A stretch of DNA of 64,000 nt from Octopus bimaculoides (taxonomy: Eukaryota). Under the pieces are notes generated by a model that ran no database searches, was not told the DNA's origin, and worked only from the letters and a program-made list of their open reading frames with translations. Of the stretch, positions 63,104-64,000 are shown piece after piece. The stretch covers positions 90,562,953-90,626,952 of the forward strand of contig NC_068986.1 in assembly GCF_001194135.2 (NCBI RefSeq). The letters run 5' to 3'. A program made the position numbers and the translations under genes. How positions within the stretch are numbered: position 1 is the first letter of the stretch; every line of letters begins with the position of its first letter.

Positions 63104-63369
63104 TGCTGCTGGTCGTGGTGAGAGGGATAACTCCCTTGGCAAACAGGACACAGTCGTGTGTCGATAAGCCAGCTGGAGGAGATGTCCTCCTGGGGCTAAA
63201 AGCAACAGTAACATCCACCCCTAGGGGTCAGCCACACTTAAGTGGCAATATACTACACTTTATATATATATATATATATACATATACATACTATATATAC
63301 ATATATATATGTACATAAATATAGATATACTTATATATATACATACATATATATGTACATACATATATC

Positions 63370-63723
63370 CTCACAGGCACCCATCATCGACCCTATCATA
63401 TCACTGACCCCTTCACCTGCACTTCTAGCAACGTCATTTACTGCATCTCCTGCTCTCTCTGTCCTTCTCTGTACATCGGTCAAACGGGATACCGCTTGGC
63501 TGACCGGTTCGCGGAACACTTCCGAGACATCAGACTCGACAACGCTACTCCAGTCTCGCGCCATTTCTGCTCTACCGGTTATTCTTCACAACATCTGTCT
63601 GTTTTCGGATTGTCCTTGCACAGGGGCCATCCAGACTCTCGTCTTCACCGTGGACAGGAATTAATCTTCTCTCTTCGCTCTTTTGTGCCACATGGGCTCA
63701 ACTTCCCTCCCCTCTTCATCTAA
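63370..63723 (+). mobile_element. Penelope-like element GIY-YIG endonuclease C-terminus (open frame)
   Basis: FTCTSSNVIYCISCSLCPSLYIGQTGYRLADRFAEH...PVSRHF...GLN, followed by a pyrimidine-rich 3' region. Confidence 0.93.
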
Positions 63724-63743
63724 CTCCCCCATCTCCTCTCTTC

Positions 63744-63812
63744 CTCTCACACCTACTTCCTCTCACACCTACTTCCTCTCACACCTACTTCCTCTCACAC
63801 CTACTTCCTCTC
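63744..63812 (+). repeat. 16-bp tandem repeat (cctctcacacctactt) x4
   Basis: Direct reading. Confidence 0.92.
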
Positions 63813-64000
63813 TTCACTCCCACCCACCTGCCCTCTCTTGCTCTAACACCTGCTTCCACTCTTCACATCTACTCACCTTCTCCCTTCCACCCTCTACCTT
63901 CATCGTACCCCTCCATCGTTACCCCACGCCTACACATCCCAACTCTACCATCCCTATACATTCCACATTCTACTCCCACATACCCCGCTACTACCCCCAC

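Noticed and set aside
14183-63121. Long ORFs in the track (200-420 aa)
   Set aside because: They consist of X runs across N gaps plus [12 protein letters not shown] microsatellite translations.
63744-63812. CRISPR-like array
   Set aside because: Contiguous 16-bp repeats without spacers, in eukaryotic DNA.

Overview
AT-rich, repeat-dominated animal genomic DNA from a draft assembly, with 14 N gaps, mostly beside (TA)n/(CA)n. The SINE families look like those of octopus, probably Octopus sp. (inference from recognised repeats). Most of the window is decayed transposable elements: three tRNA-derived SINE families, R4/Dong-type and HERO/NeSL-type non-LTR elements, Tx1/L1, CR1, Jockey-like and RTE LINEs, Penelope-like elements, mariner/Tc1, MULE, hAT and Helitron. 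Two signals are absent from the ORF track. (1) Short spliced exons of at least two apparently paralogous small cysteine-rich proteins: one on the minus strand at 12.9-14.2 kb, and one on the plus strand at 57.2-58.5 kb with a clean signal-peptide exon. A CpG-rich TATA/CCAAT/E-box/E2F promoter candidate lies at 20.8-21.0 kb. (2) Four loci carrying minimal type-I hammerhead ribozyme folds of the Penelope type with palindromic stem III, two of them in foldback elements. No prokaryotic genes, rRNA, bona fide tRNA genes or CRISPR arrays were seen.
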